The translations under genes were made by a program, and so were the position numbers. The notes under the pieces are model-generated. The model did not search any database and was not told the DNA's origin. It was given only the letters and a program-made list of their open reading frames with translations. A stretch of DNA of 64,000 nt. It comes from Perna viridis (lineage: Eukaryota). The stretch lies in contig CM074511.1 in NCBI GenBank assembly GCA_037379345.1, forward strand, positions 25,217,171-25,281,170, in the 5' to 3' direction. Positions 28,501 to 39,700 of the stretch are shown in pieces (the stretch's first letter is position 1; each line of letters begins with the position of its first letter).

Positions 28501-31500
28501 GAGTGTATATAAACGCCCTAATGTAACTGGATTTCCAATCAAAGTATAAAAAAACTATTGGATTTGGTTAAGACTCGAATGAAAACAATAAGTTTTGAGC
28601 CCGACTTAGGCCAAAAAGAAAGTAATATGTTTTTTCTATTCACACCTTTGAAACAAATGTGATAGATGGGTACATTTTTTTCTTATTTTCTTTTACATTG
28701 AGTCTGTAGGGAAGATATAAGAATAATTGCTATGAATGCAAATGAAATATATGTCATCCACCAAAAGCCAAGCAACGAATAATTAAACTTCTACAGGTCA
28801 CCACACGGTCTTTAATGATGAACAAAACCCAAACCATAAAGCAAGCTGTAAAGTTCCCCAAAATAAATAATGTTAAACTATTCATAAAAGACGGATATCT
28901 ATATAATCTATAGAGAAAAAAAACGCAAAACGAATAACAAGGAACATAAAAACAAGGCAGAGACATTCTGATTTTTAACTGTTATACCGAAAATTTCTTT
29001 AAAAAAAACCCCAAGTTTTAGGGTATCTATTTAGCGAAAATAAAATAGGGTTGGTAGTGTAATTGAAAAAAAAAAGGCACATATTATTTTTAATTTGACT
29101 TCAAAATAGCAAGCTTTGTCTCTATACCTGAATGTGCATGAGTATTTCTTTGACAGCCCAGTCCGTAGCCTTCTTGTATTTTTCTTCCAATGAACTGTCC
29201 ATAGTTTCTATCTGGCTAATAATGCATAGCATCATCATGGGCACTGCTAAAGAGCTCATCTTTGGACTACCTTCTAGATATTGTCGCCCTAGTGCCAAAT
29301 CATCTTCCATTGTCCAGAATGCTATTTTATCCATCATATGGACAGCCTCTTCCTTAATTAAAATAGAAATGACGAAAACCAATTTTCTGGAATAACAATG
29401 TACATTCTGTTAATCACTATTTTATTTCCATTAAATATGACCCAAAAATATCAAAAACAAATAAACTCCCGGCACTGGGGTCAAGTTCATTCAAAGAGAT
29501 GGTTAATAAGGAAATTGTGCTAACATAAGAAACAGTTGGCAAGCACTGCTAGAAATTGATTGCAAGCTTTAACCATCCACTATAGCATATTGTGCCAACA
29601 AAAGGAGTTTTACTCCAGAAGTGCTACAGATTGGTTGGCAAGCTTTAACCATTCACTATAGCAGATTGTGCTAACAAAACTCCAGTAGTACAAGAGATTG
29701 GTTGACAAGCTTTAACCATACACTAAGTACTATCTTTAGAAAAAAAGACAGTCAATGCAGTAAAATTTTGTATTTTTTCTAAGTTTCTACATTTCTTTCA
29801 AGAAAACAACACATGGCACGCAATGTCAAATTTTCGATTGTTTTTTCGAATGCAATTTCAAATTTTCGATACAGTTTTTTCGAACGCCACTAGGTTAGCA
29901 GTATTTGGCCAATCGGGAAACATAATTGCGATCAGGTGATTTGCGTTCCCATAGAAGAGCGTCCTTAAAGTCAAAGGGTAAAAAGCGAAACTATACCGAC
30001 TGCGTCAGAAAAAAATATGATAACACAAGGAGTAGTACTCCAGCAGTCTTAGACACTGGTTGCATTGGTAAGCTTTTCCCCGACTAAAAACCTCCTTGTA
30101 ACGTTGTAGGAATTCATCCCACATAGGGCACACGCGATATGATCTGTCCATAACCAATACAAATTGAAGAACTCCAGCATCATGAATATAATACCCGTTT
30201 AATGGACGTCATAAAAGTCTATATGCACAGATTTTTATCTTGTAATCATATATAAAAAGTGGTTACTGGACAGATCCAATATAAAGGTAAAATGATTTCA
30301 TAAGTTTATTCTCTGTCTGTTGATCGGGGCAGATATTACTTTTAATGTTGCAGTGTGTTCTGCTGAGGCGGTGTGTTGACTGATTCAGTAATTTAGCACA
30401 TTTATGGATCTGCATGAAAATATATCTAAAATCTTAATAATACAATATAGGTAGAGTGAAAATGTTTGATTTACCTTGTAATGTTGTTTTCCTGTTGCTA
30501 TTCCAACTTCAGACATTGCCATTAGATAGAAGCATTCTGAGAATATGGTGTTTTGTACTTTTATTGGTTTACCATCTTTAGTCACAGCTAAATAGCATCT
30601 GTATGAATCAGGAACTCTGGCATGTTTCAAAAGGAAATCTGCTCCTATAAGAATTGAAGTAAAATATATTAAAACTAAATAGGAGTCATGAGAGAAAATA
30701 CGATTGCATGCATTAATTTTACTGTACTAAACTTAAGTCAATAACCCCTGCTGGCGTTGAGTTAGTCCAGGTTTTGTACAAATTTAAGACAAGAACATCG
30801 TGCAGGTTTTCAGTTCATTGCCACGTGTTCTACCAAACCGTTGTTTCAACTTAATAAAAAAAACTTTACCACAAACAAGCAAAATATAAAAGAGGATGAA
30901 AACATAAACTAGAGGCTCTAAAGAGCCTGTATCGCTCACCTTGTAAATAAGTAAGATTCTTATTATTTGTAATAGAGGCCATGTTTTTTCTTGTATAAAA
31001 ATTTCTAACGCTCATACCTAAGGAACAATCATATCAATTTTCATTGAATTCTATCCTACAGTTTCTAAGAAGAAAATTTTTGAAATTACATAAAATATAT
31101 ATAGCAAAAAGACGTTGTAAAAGGGCAAGAACTCCAACATGGCTTAAACAGATTTACACCAAAATTTGATGATAGACAGATCTCTTGCTGTACACTTTTA
31201 ATCAGTCAGAACTAAAAGGTTTTGGAGATATATACGAAAAACTTCTGTCTGACCTCTATGTTTTATCTTTAGTAACAGCGGTCATGTTTTTCAACGGATT
31301 AAATTCTATGCAGAACACCCTAAGAAATATTCATACTAAGTTTGGTTCAAATAGGTCCAGTAGTTTCTGAAGAGAATAGTTTTGAAAAATTGTTAAGAAG
31401 ACGACGACGTGATGGCAATATTTCACTTGACCCTATGGGCCAGGTGAGCTAAAAAGGAACATAAATGCGTTTCTATATATTTGAATAAAACTCGCCTTTA

Positions 31501-34500
31501 ATTGCTGTGTCTAATATTTCTGATCTCCGAAACCGTTCCATAACATTGTATAATCTTGCATACATCCAAACCTGTATAAATTAACTTTTTGTATGCATAA
31601 AGGTTATAGAGATGACATTTTCAAGAATTCTATGTATATACGAGTTAGTATATGGTATACTACAGTCGTCACCATGACATAGTTAATCGTAACGTTGTGG
31701 CCTATCTTTATGTAGAATTACATTTGGCGTATATTTGTTTACATCCTTACCGGGATCGGGTGTCTTGCACGGAAATGATCTCCAGGACGCAATGAAAGAA
31801 GCAGAAAATGCTCACCCTTCAGCACACCCCAGTCTATTTCCGATTTATTTGGTAGGTTCAATACTGCTGCTTTTTATTCTTTGTTTTTCTTGACTGTTAT
31901 CCTTTTAAGTTTCTATTTAATGTTCTCATTATAGATTTACCCTGTATGATATCTCACATTTTAATCGACATTTCATTATTTTCAATCTACTTTTCTATAA
32001 AATGCATGATAATTGTACAGCGGACCGGTCGAGACCCGAAAGAATAGTCCCCTTAGCTAGTTCATGACGTTTACAACTCAGTTTGTGATTGGGTCTGTCA
32101 TTTTTAACATGGTCAACTTCATTTTGTGAAGTATACTGTGCTATTTCACTACATATTTAAGCTCGTTACAAAACTAACAAAAAATACAATATATCAACAT
32201 TAATTAACACATTAAAAGAAAACATATGCCAAAGTCAGTATTAGTCTAACTATAGGATCTGAGCAAAGTGAACCTAAATTTATATTGTACCTCCTTCACA
32301 TACACGATCCTTACGAATTTCCAAAATTTATAAGATTCGTAAAACTAACACCAATCTTTGCGAATAATGCCTTTTGAAGCCACTTTTACAAGTGACTTGT
32401 GAATGCTTTACGATTGGTTACAAGTATGAACAATCAATTCACAGTTTATTAAGAATGAATGCGGTGGGTTTACGGTACCAGTTCACGATTCATTGCGGTT
32501 ATATACCTGCAGTTCACCAATGAATACGATATTGTCAAAATAGTTACGAGTACAATGCGAATTGTAATGATTTGGTCCAAGCTTTTACGGAAAATTAACG
32601 AATAGCTTGTTTACAATAACCTAACGAAATGTAAAGAATTTGTGCGGTATAGTTTTATGAAAGGTAACAATTTTCAATGGGGTTGCATTTACAAATAATT
32701 ATTATGAATTTAAGAAATATAGCCTCATTCATTCTTCAATTGAACATTCAGGGAGATTTGACATGTTTTACGGGAGAAACAAATTTATATATATACTAAA
32801 ACTTCTGCCGATTTCTTCTCCAACTGGCACAGCAACCTAATCCTCTTCTTCCTATAGGCAAAACATTCGTATATCGGAAAATCCTCGCTGAATTCTTGTT
32901 TTTCCGTTAACCCATCATGAAACTATTGTATACTTCTTGGAATTATTCGTAAATGAATTGTAAAATAATCGTAAGAAATACCAAACCAAACACAGTTCCA
33001 GCGAATGCTTTACTAGTTCTTGCGATCGATTAACGATTGTTTTACGAATTGCTATGAGTAGTTTGTGGATTCTTACGTATAATATAATCAACAAAGATTC
33101 GTGGCCATGCATTCGTGTAAAACAATTTGACATGTCAAAAAAATTTCATCTATACTTTCGCGGATCGACACGAATGTCTGTGAATGTCTATGATTTGTTA
33201 AAAAAAATATTTACGAAAGTCGACGAATTAATTACGAATGCTTGCGAATGACAACGAATTGAGTATTTGTAATGATTCGTAAGAAAGATTCGTGTATATG
33301 AACGTAGAGTACCAATTAGTGAAAACGGACAAAAGATGTGTAGACTGCGCAATATATCGTAAGACAATGTCCAAAGACTTGTATAATTGTGACACAGCTA
33401 CTGTCGATGTCCAAACAAAAGCCAATTTAAGGAGGTAGACCTAGGGAAAGGGACATAACTCTTGATACGCTTACATTATATTTAATTTCGCCAAGCCTAT
33501 CAAGCTTTCATTTGAAACAGAATGAAATCAGTTAAAGTTACTTAGATGCTTACATGAAATTGATGAAAAATGGTGAATACAAACGTTCCAGTGATTTGTA
33601 GGAGTTAGGTCACTTACACCCTAGGTCTACATTCTTAACACGAATTTTTTACTTCTATGCAAAAAAACAAAACTCGAAACTTCATAACTATATAAACATA
33701 AACCCGACCTGTCGAGCCTGGAGCCAAACATGCTTCGTTTCATCATACAGTTTCCCATCCTTATCTAGACAGCTGAAAAATCCCCTGTAAAATACACATT
33801 AAATTTCATTAAACATTCCTGAAACAGTTTCAGAGGTATATATAGCAATCACTATTTGTATATCCATCTGTTGGTTATTCCACATATCTAAGTGAGTACA
33901 ACTCCCCCCAAACTACCCAAAGGATTTTAATGAAATTTTGAAAGATGCTTAGTAGGTATCATATGTAGATGATCATAATAACAGATAATATTTGTGGAAT
34001 GCTTTCAAAGGGTAATAAAACAACTATTGGTTTTACGTGTTAAAATCTTGTAGGCGCAGCTCCTCCTAATTAAAGCACTCGGGCGTTGGTTGAAATTGTA
34101 AAGGAATGTTTATGGCTTCACACGAAAATGCACACGAAGGATTAAGATTGTCCGATTTCTTAAAAGAACATAAAATCAACTTTAGGCCCATTTGAAGTGG
34201 AGATAGTAGTATTTTCTTTGAAATCTTGCTTACAAAAATTCTAATATTTTAAGGAATAGGGAACTTGCATGATGAAAAAAATCCCAGTAGTATGTTTTCA
34301 TAAGTAGTATCATTCGATTTTGTGACAGGACTTTTACAAGAAATCACGATCTGGGCGAGTTAGAATAGGTTTTCTTCAGTTGACATCATTTAGATTTAAT
34401 CGCTGGCGCTGTGAAGTTGCATGCATGAAGCTTAAAACATGACGACCAGTTTAAGCTCTAGATAATCAAAGTATGGCTATCGAAACTGAAACTTTTCACG

Positions 34501-34632
34501 TTACCAAATATTCAGGCTAAATTAAACTTACCCATGGTTTTCATCATGAGAGTGGGTCAACCAAAATTTGATTGTTCTATCGAGATCGTCTTTAATTTTC
34601 TTCAGAAACTCGGGTAGCCTTTTTTGTGACAT
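25470..34632 (-). CDS. RENBP: N-acylglucosamine 2-epimerase (GlcNAc 2-epimerase / renin-binding protein), 9 coding exons, 398 aa
   Basis: Exons 34632-34532, 33784-33709, 31571-31496, 30644-30475, 29352-29128, 28249-28168, 27803-27496, 26170-26083 and 25540-25470 join in phase (1197 nt). Motifs: [82 protein letters not shown]; both catalytic His are present. AATAAA on the minus strand at 25443-25448. Confidence 0.96.
26083..26170 (-). CDS. RENBP: RENBP coding exon 8
   Basis: [29 protein letters not shown]; tag/gt boundaries. Confidence 0.95.
27040..27365 (+). mobile_element. Rearranged Naiad-type 3' UTR remnants in RENBP intron 7
   Basis: aaaagcagagga...ggtgcacct...tttagtggagtcc, then a second UTR start and a doubled ttcccttgattact terminus. 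Confidence 0.75.
27496..27803 (-). CDS. RENBP: RENBP coding exon 7
   Basis: [11 protein letters not shown]...[16 protein letters not shown]...YSYSH; tag/gtaagt boundaries. Confidence 0.96.
28168..28249 (-). CDS. RENBP: RENBP coding exon 6
   Basis: [27 protein letters not shown]; tag/gt boundaries. Confidence 0.93.
29128..29352 (-). CDS. RENBP: RENBP coding exon 5
   Basis: [10 protein letters not shown]...LAVPMMML...ILMHIQ; aag/gt boundaries, 225 nt. Confidence 0.93.
29726..30015 (-). mobile_element. Partial copy of the 18.4-kb foldback family in RENBP intron 4
   Basis: Reverse-complement match to 18405-18530 and direct match to 18542-18630. Confidence 0.75.
30475..30644 (-). CDS. RENBP: RENBP coding exon 4
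   Basis: [10 protein letters not shown]...[14 protein letters not shown]...HYK; tag/gt boundaries. Confidence 0.94.
30908..31455 (+). mobile_element. Non-autonomous Helentron-like element in RENBP intron 3
   Basis: Hairpin aggctc-taaa-gagcct, subterminal IR gctcacct/aggtgagc, (GAC)n microsatellite, A-rich end. Confidence 0.7.
31496..31571 (-). CDS. RENBP: RENBP coding exon 3 (VWMYARLY...DTAIK)
   Basis: cag acceptor; non-canonical GC donor AAG|gcgagt; phase 1 matches exon 4. Confidence 0.9.
33431..33634. mobile_element. Kolobok-like MITE in RENBP intron 2
   Basis: TTAA|ggaggtagacctaggg ... ccctaggtctacattc|TTAA; ends related to the 38077 element. Confidence 0.75.
33709..33784 (-). CDS. RENBP: RENBP coding exon 2 ([25 protein letters not shown])
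   Basis: cag/gt boundaries, phase matches neighbouring exons. Confidence 0.93.
34532..34632 (-). CDS. RENBP: RENBP coding exon 1 ([10 protein letters not shown]...HSHDENHG)
   Basis: ATG at 34632, donor gtaagt. An acceptor (ttttacag) at 34649 implies an upstream UTR exon. Confidence 0.9.
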
Positions 34633-36350
34633 GATAAAACAACCCTGCCTGTAAAAAAAACGAGAGACATCTTTAACACGGAAGGCAGTTCAGTCAACAT
34701 TAATTTTGGTTAACCGTCTATTTAGCTTTGTCAATTTGTATATATATACAAACGACGGCTTCATAATTATGGGCACTTCAAATCCCATGCAAAAGGAAAA
34801 GACGACACTTTAAATATCTTTGGTTTGTCACTGATTTGGTAAAACGGATGACCCCACAATAAATTAACAGTCTGTAAATGGTATCTTATAGATTCGATGT
34901 AAACTGCAAAATATTGTAGCTCATTTTACCGACACTTCATGTAGTGGAGCTAGAAAGAGGTCCAACTTCTAAATCAATTTAATGGCTCACGATTAAAACA
35001 AATATAAATCGCCTCCTTAACGAGCATTGTAGGTATACAATAATACACGGTCATTTTTATATAATAGTTTATCAAAATAAAAAAAAAACAAAAAAAAACA
35101 TTAGATACAACATCTGAAGTGTTATTCCTCAGTGAGAAATAGGTGGTTATTCTTTAATTGCTGGCAAAATTTGAGGAAAATTGTATAAATCTCAATAAAA
35201 TGTGTTCATGTAAAGGGCGAAGTGTGAAATACATTTTCTGACAAACTATTTATCAAAATCACCGGAACAGTACTTCATATCATTTGTATGTGGTGATAAT
35301 TTTGACAGACACCTTTGCTTTATTTGTAAAAGTTGCAGTTTTAATGTAATCGCTGAAAAAAGTAATAAACGCCAAGCTGTACACACTACGTAGTACTTGA
35401 CTTATATTATCGATCTGTTCACGTTCATTTTTATCGCTAAATAGTGGGATAGGGTGCCCGTGTCTATTACAAGGAATGAAGCCTTGAACAGTTTTTATAT
35501 GGGGATTTCGAATTATTTCGGGAAATAAAACATGCATGTGCAGAACGTGAAGACAAAACGACATAATGTAAAGATGTTCCTACATAACGTAAATACAAAA
35601 AGACCACATGTAATTATAAAACCACAGCAAGTAATATAAAATTGACAACACGTAAACAAATGTGTATCTCATCAGACAGTTTAGGCGTTCCATATTATGC
35701 ACTCTATACACTGATATTTTGCGGTCAACGGAGACAATAGTTGCTCTATTATGTGCGTGTGATTTTTTCGTAGCGCCAGTCCACCATAACAAAGTATAGA
35801 AACATATCTACTAGTACATACAAAAAATGTTTTAGGGTTTCTTAAATGAAAAACACGTGTATATAAGCTACATTGAATCAACGTTTTCAAGCAGTAAAAC
35901 ATTACATTTACCTTTGCTAAGCTCGGCCTTCTGGGTTATCGTTCTTGTGTTTTTATTGTTCTGGTCGAGATAATTTAATATGTCTAATCTTTAAATACAA
36001 GTATGACGTGTACGACAACACGAATGTAAATAAGTACATGTATAAATGGCAAGAACTAAGAAGTGATATCTTGGACAGGACATAAATAGGAGAATCCAAA
36101 CGCAGATCAGACTTGATTTAGTTGCGTTATATATATATATATATTTTCGATTTAGCAACTTTCCGAGTTATAATTAGAATGCAAAATACCCTGAGGTGTA
36201 CTCAAGGGTTCTCGGCGTTTATATTTCTAATAAAATACAAAATCAATCTATCAAGAAATATTTCTGCTTAATGTTCAAACCTAAAAATGCAACTTGTACC
36301 CAAGTTTCATACTAAATTTTTTAAATTAAACAAATCAATAACAAAAAGAG

Positions 36351-36543
36351 TAGAAAATCAAGCTATTTACCTTTTGCATAATATTGCATGAGAATTTCCA
36401 CAAATTCAATTTTCGGTTTGTTTAAATAGCTAGTATATATACATAGAAAAAATCAAGCTATTTACCTTATGCATAATATTGCATGAGAATTTCCACAAAT
36501 TCAATTTTCGGTTTGTTTAAATAGCTAGTATATATACATAGAA
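36351..36543. repeat. 95-bp near-perfect tandem duplication between the divergent genes
   Basis: Period 95 (36361 versus 36456), one substitution in the core. Confidence 0.95.
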
Positions 36544-36655
36544 GAACGATTTTATTTCATAGCTGAGGCATTCATACGAGGCCTAATAGTAATTGGAATC
36601 CAGGAAAATAATAACAATAAAAAACACACAGCTTCGACAACAACACTAATAGAGA

Positions 36656-36745
36656 ATGGCATCGAACAGAGAGACGGATGAAGAAAATAATTTTGGATTC
36701 TTTGATATAGGATTGAGGATTTTTCAAGTTAGAGACGAGCGACAG
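36656..36745 (+). CDS. TPR-TIR gene exon 1 (MASNRETDEENNFGFFDIGLRIFQVRDERQ)
   Basis: ATG, 90 nt, CAG|gtaatt donor; also conserved in the duplicate at about 51563. Confidence 0.7.
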
Positions 36746-39700
36746 GTAATTTTTTTATTTCCATATCTACCAAACACATCATGATTTATATTGGTCATTT
36801 TTAAATTAATATATAAATTCATATGCTTTGTCATGATCTTTATATACGAATGTTATGATGGGCATTGGCCTGTCCAGAAGAATTGTTAAATTTTGTTAAT
36901 TTTTGCACAGTTGAGTAAATTAAAACATGGAACCCCCAACAATACTTTAAATAAGCATTACGGTTTACAGTAACATATACGACGGATGACATTTGAGTTA
37001 GACCTCTGACGAAGGTTCCAAACATGGGACCGAAACCAACCAGATTTAAACAACAGCTCATGACAACTGTCAGATTTGAGTGATGGATTGTGTTATAGTT
37101 AGTTCTTCAGTCGGTTTGCCATTTTTTGTTCTTGTACCTTTTTTTTCTTCCGACTGCAGGCCATTAGTGAAGCCTTGCCGCAACTTGAATATGTGACAAT
37201 TATCACATTATCAAGGGCTGTTAGTAGTATGGTGCAGCATTACCTGTTCTTTATTTTGCATATATCCCGAAACCCCTTTTCAAAAATTCCAGCTTGGAAC
37301 CCACCCCTATTTAATAATTTCGGGACCTATTCCTCATCATTATTTGACAATCATCATTACTCATCATTACTTCATAGATCTTTAAACATAACTCATGCAG
37401 GAGACACCCAGGGATCTTCGACATGTGGGATGTTGCCATTCAGACGTCGACATCTCTGTAATTACTGATATCTTTTTACTAACATTAAATATTCACAAGG
37501 CCAAGATGAGCAAATCAGGCCCTCTAGGGCCTTTTGTTTTAAAAACAAACACTTGTCACAAGTTTTATTTTCAGCTACAATATCTCAGAGAAGAGCAAAT
37601 TTTGGAATCAGCTTACTGTCAAGAATATGTTAAAGCAGTATCTAAAAACTTTGAATGCATGATTAGGTACCAGATGCCTGGAGAAAAGGAAAATGCAATT
37701 AAAGAGCTAGAACAGGTAATAAATGGCATTTTATATACTGTTCCATGTAATAATCAGGCAGGTTCAACCAATGATATATATTTAAAAAAAGCGACCTTTC
37801 CTCGCTGCCATGAAATTCATCATTAATGTATTCATATCGTAACACGAAAAAAAATCTCATTTCATATCTACATAACGTGTGTTTTTTTTTTCTAAATAAA
37901 AATAGGACATTCTAATTTATAAAAAAAAAGTGTTCTTGATTTTCTGCATGATTATTACTTGACGTTTAAATCTCAAAAACGGTTAAAATGACTGTGTGGA
38001 ATGTATAGTAGTGTATAGCTACATATTGTGATATTGTAAGAACTGCAAAAAATCTCAACTGACACAGTGCAATTAAGGTAGTAGACCTGGGGTAAGGGAG
38101 GTAATCCAAATTGAAAGGATTTTAGACACAAGAGCGTTTGAATGATTCCTAATATGAACGCTTCAAAGAGATACTGATGTTAAAACTGACATGAAAATAA
38201 CCCTAAGAAAGAGTTGACTAATAACCTTGCCAGTTTTATAACTCCTCAACCTTTTAGAGATAAAAAAAAATATACTTTTTTTTATATTCCTTTTAAGACT
38301 TCAAGCTTTCTGTTTTCTTTTTGTTCCCTTGTTCAGCATGTGACTCTAACCAGCATTGTACTATGTTTAGCATACAAGTTTGTCATTTCGTACAGAAGTA
38401 TGAAATACACGGTGAACTGTTCTGAAAATTTCTTCATTGATTTGCATATGTTTAGTCCATATAATAACATGGGGTAGGCATTGGCTAAATCAGCGAGCAC
38501 CGTGAGCTTTACAATATATGTACCGTCTGTGCGAAACTCGTTGGGGTCGACGCGGATGACAAGTGCAATATTTTTATTTATATTTTAGCAGCAAGCAAGA
38601 TCAATACATCTATTTGAAAATCTGTCGTGTTAATTAATGGGGGAGTTTTTTTTCAATAAATAAATAACTTGAGCATACCCCCTTTCCCCTCCAAAATGAC
38701 CAATAACTTTATAACACTTCGCAATACTTTACATTTTTTATCCCTTAAGGGGATTTCTAGCAACATCTATTTCAGTTTTGGCCAGTCAAATCAATCTGTA
38801 CAGATATCGGATATATTACATTTCTCCAGGGATGGTGGGAATATTTTAGGTAGTACAATACAGTTAGGTCATTTCTGAAAATTTGGTCTCATTTTGTTGA
38901 AATAAAGCTGTTTTTAGGCAGTCCACACAGAAATTTCTAGTGTTTTGTCATAAAAAAATGCATATTTTTGAGATCCTTGTTGTGTGGAGGTTCAGGTCAT
39001 TTATAAGCAATTTAGTGATTATTGTTATAAAATCCAGTAGCCATGGTAAATTACTGAAAAAAATATTACTGAGTTTTAGCACAAATCAGGGTTGCCTTTC
39101 CAAAACTAACAGCCAATTACTGTGTTTTATAAAATACCAGGCACTTAGACACTACCACAGGATGAAAGCATGCATGGAGTAGGTGGAAAAAGGGTGAAAA
39201 TAATAAGACCCTTTTCGATTCATTTTCTCACAATTTTAGTTCCAAAAGTTCGTGCGAAATAAGGTATTTTGAATATCATCCATCTGGTACCAGTATCGTA
39301 TTGCATATCCCTGAGCGGGTGTACGTCAAAACATGGATGCTATTAAAATATAGTGCATTTTCTTTTCTCCTCTCTACAAACTAATGTTTTGTCAAAAGAT
39401 ATGAACGAGTAATCAAGGGAACCAAGGTTATAGCGGTAATCAAAAGAATGTAATCCAGGGACAAAGACCAGACATAGAAAACAGACATACACAACAAAGA
39501 ACATAAAGTAATTAAAATCATACATACAAAGTAACAAAAGTAAATGAGCAACTTGGACTCCATTAAAAACTGGGAGCATGGACCAGGTGCACCGGTAGGG
39601 TAAGCGTCCTCTGCTTTTCTAGACACACCCGCCGAGTTGCTCATAAAAAGTCAAGTCCGGGGTAGACAAACGAGGAAAGGAAAACTATGACCCGTTGAAT

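Noticed and set aside
37395-37826. 143-aa ORF as an independent gene
   Set aside because: Only 37575-37715 is exon-like with ag/gt boundaries; the rest is intronic read-through.
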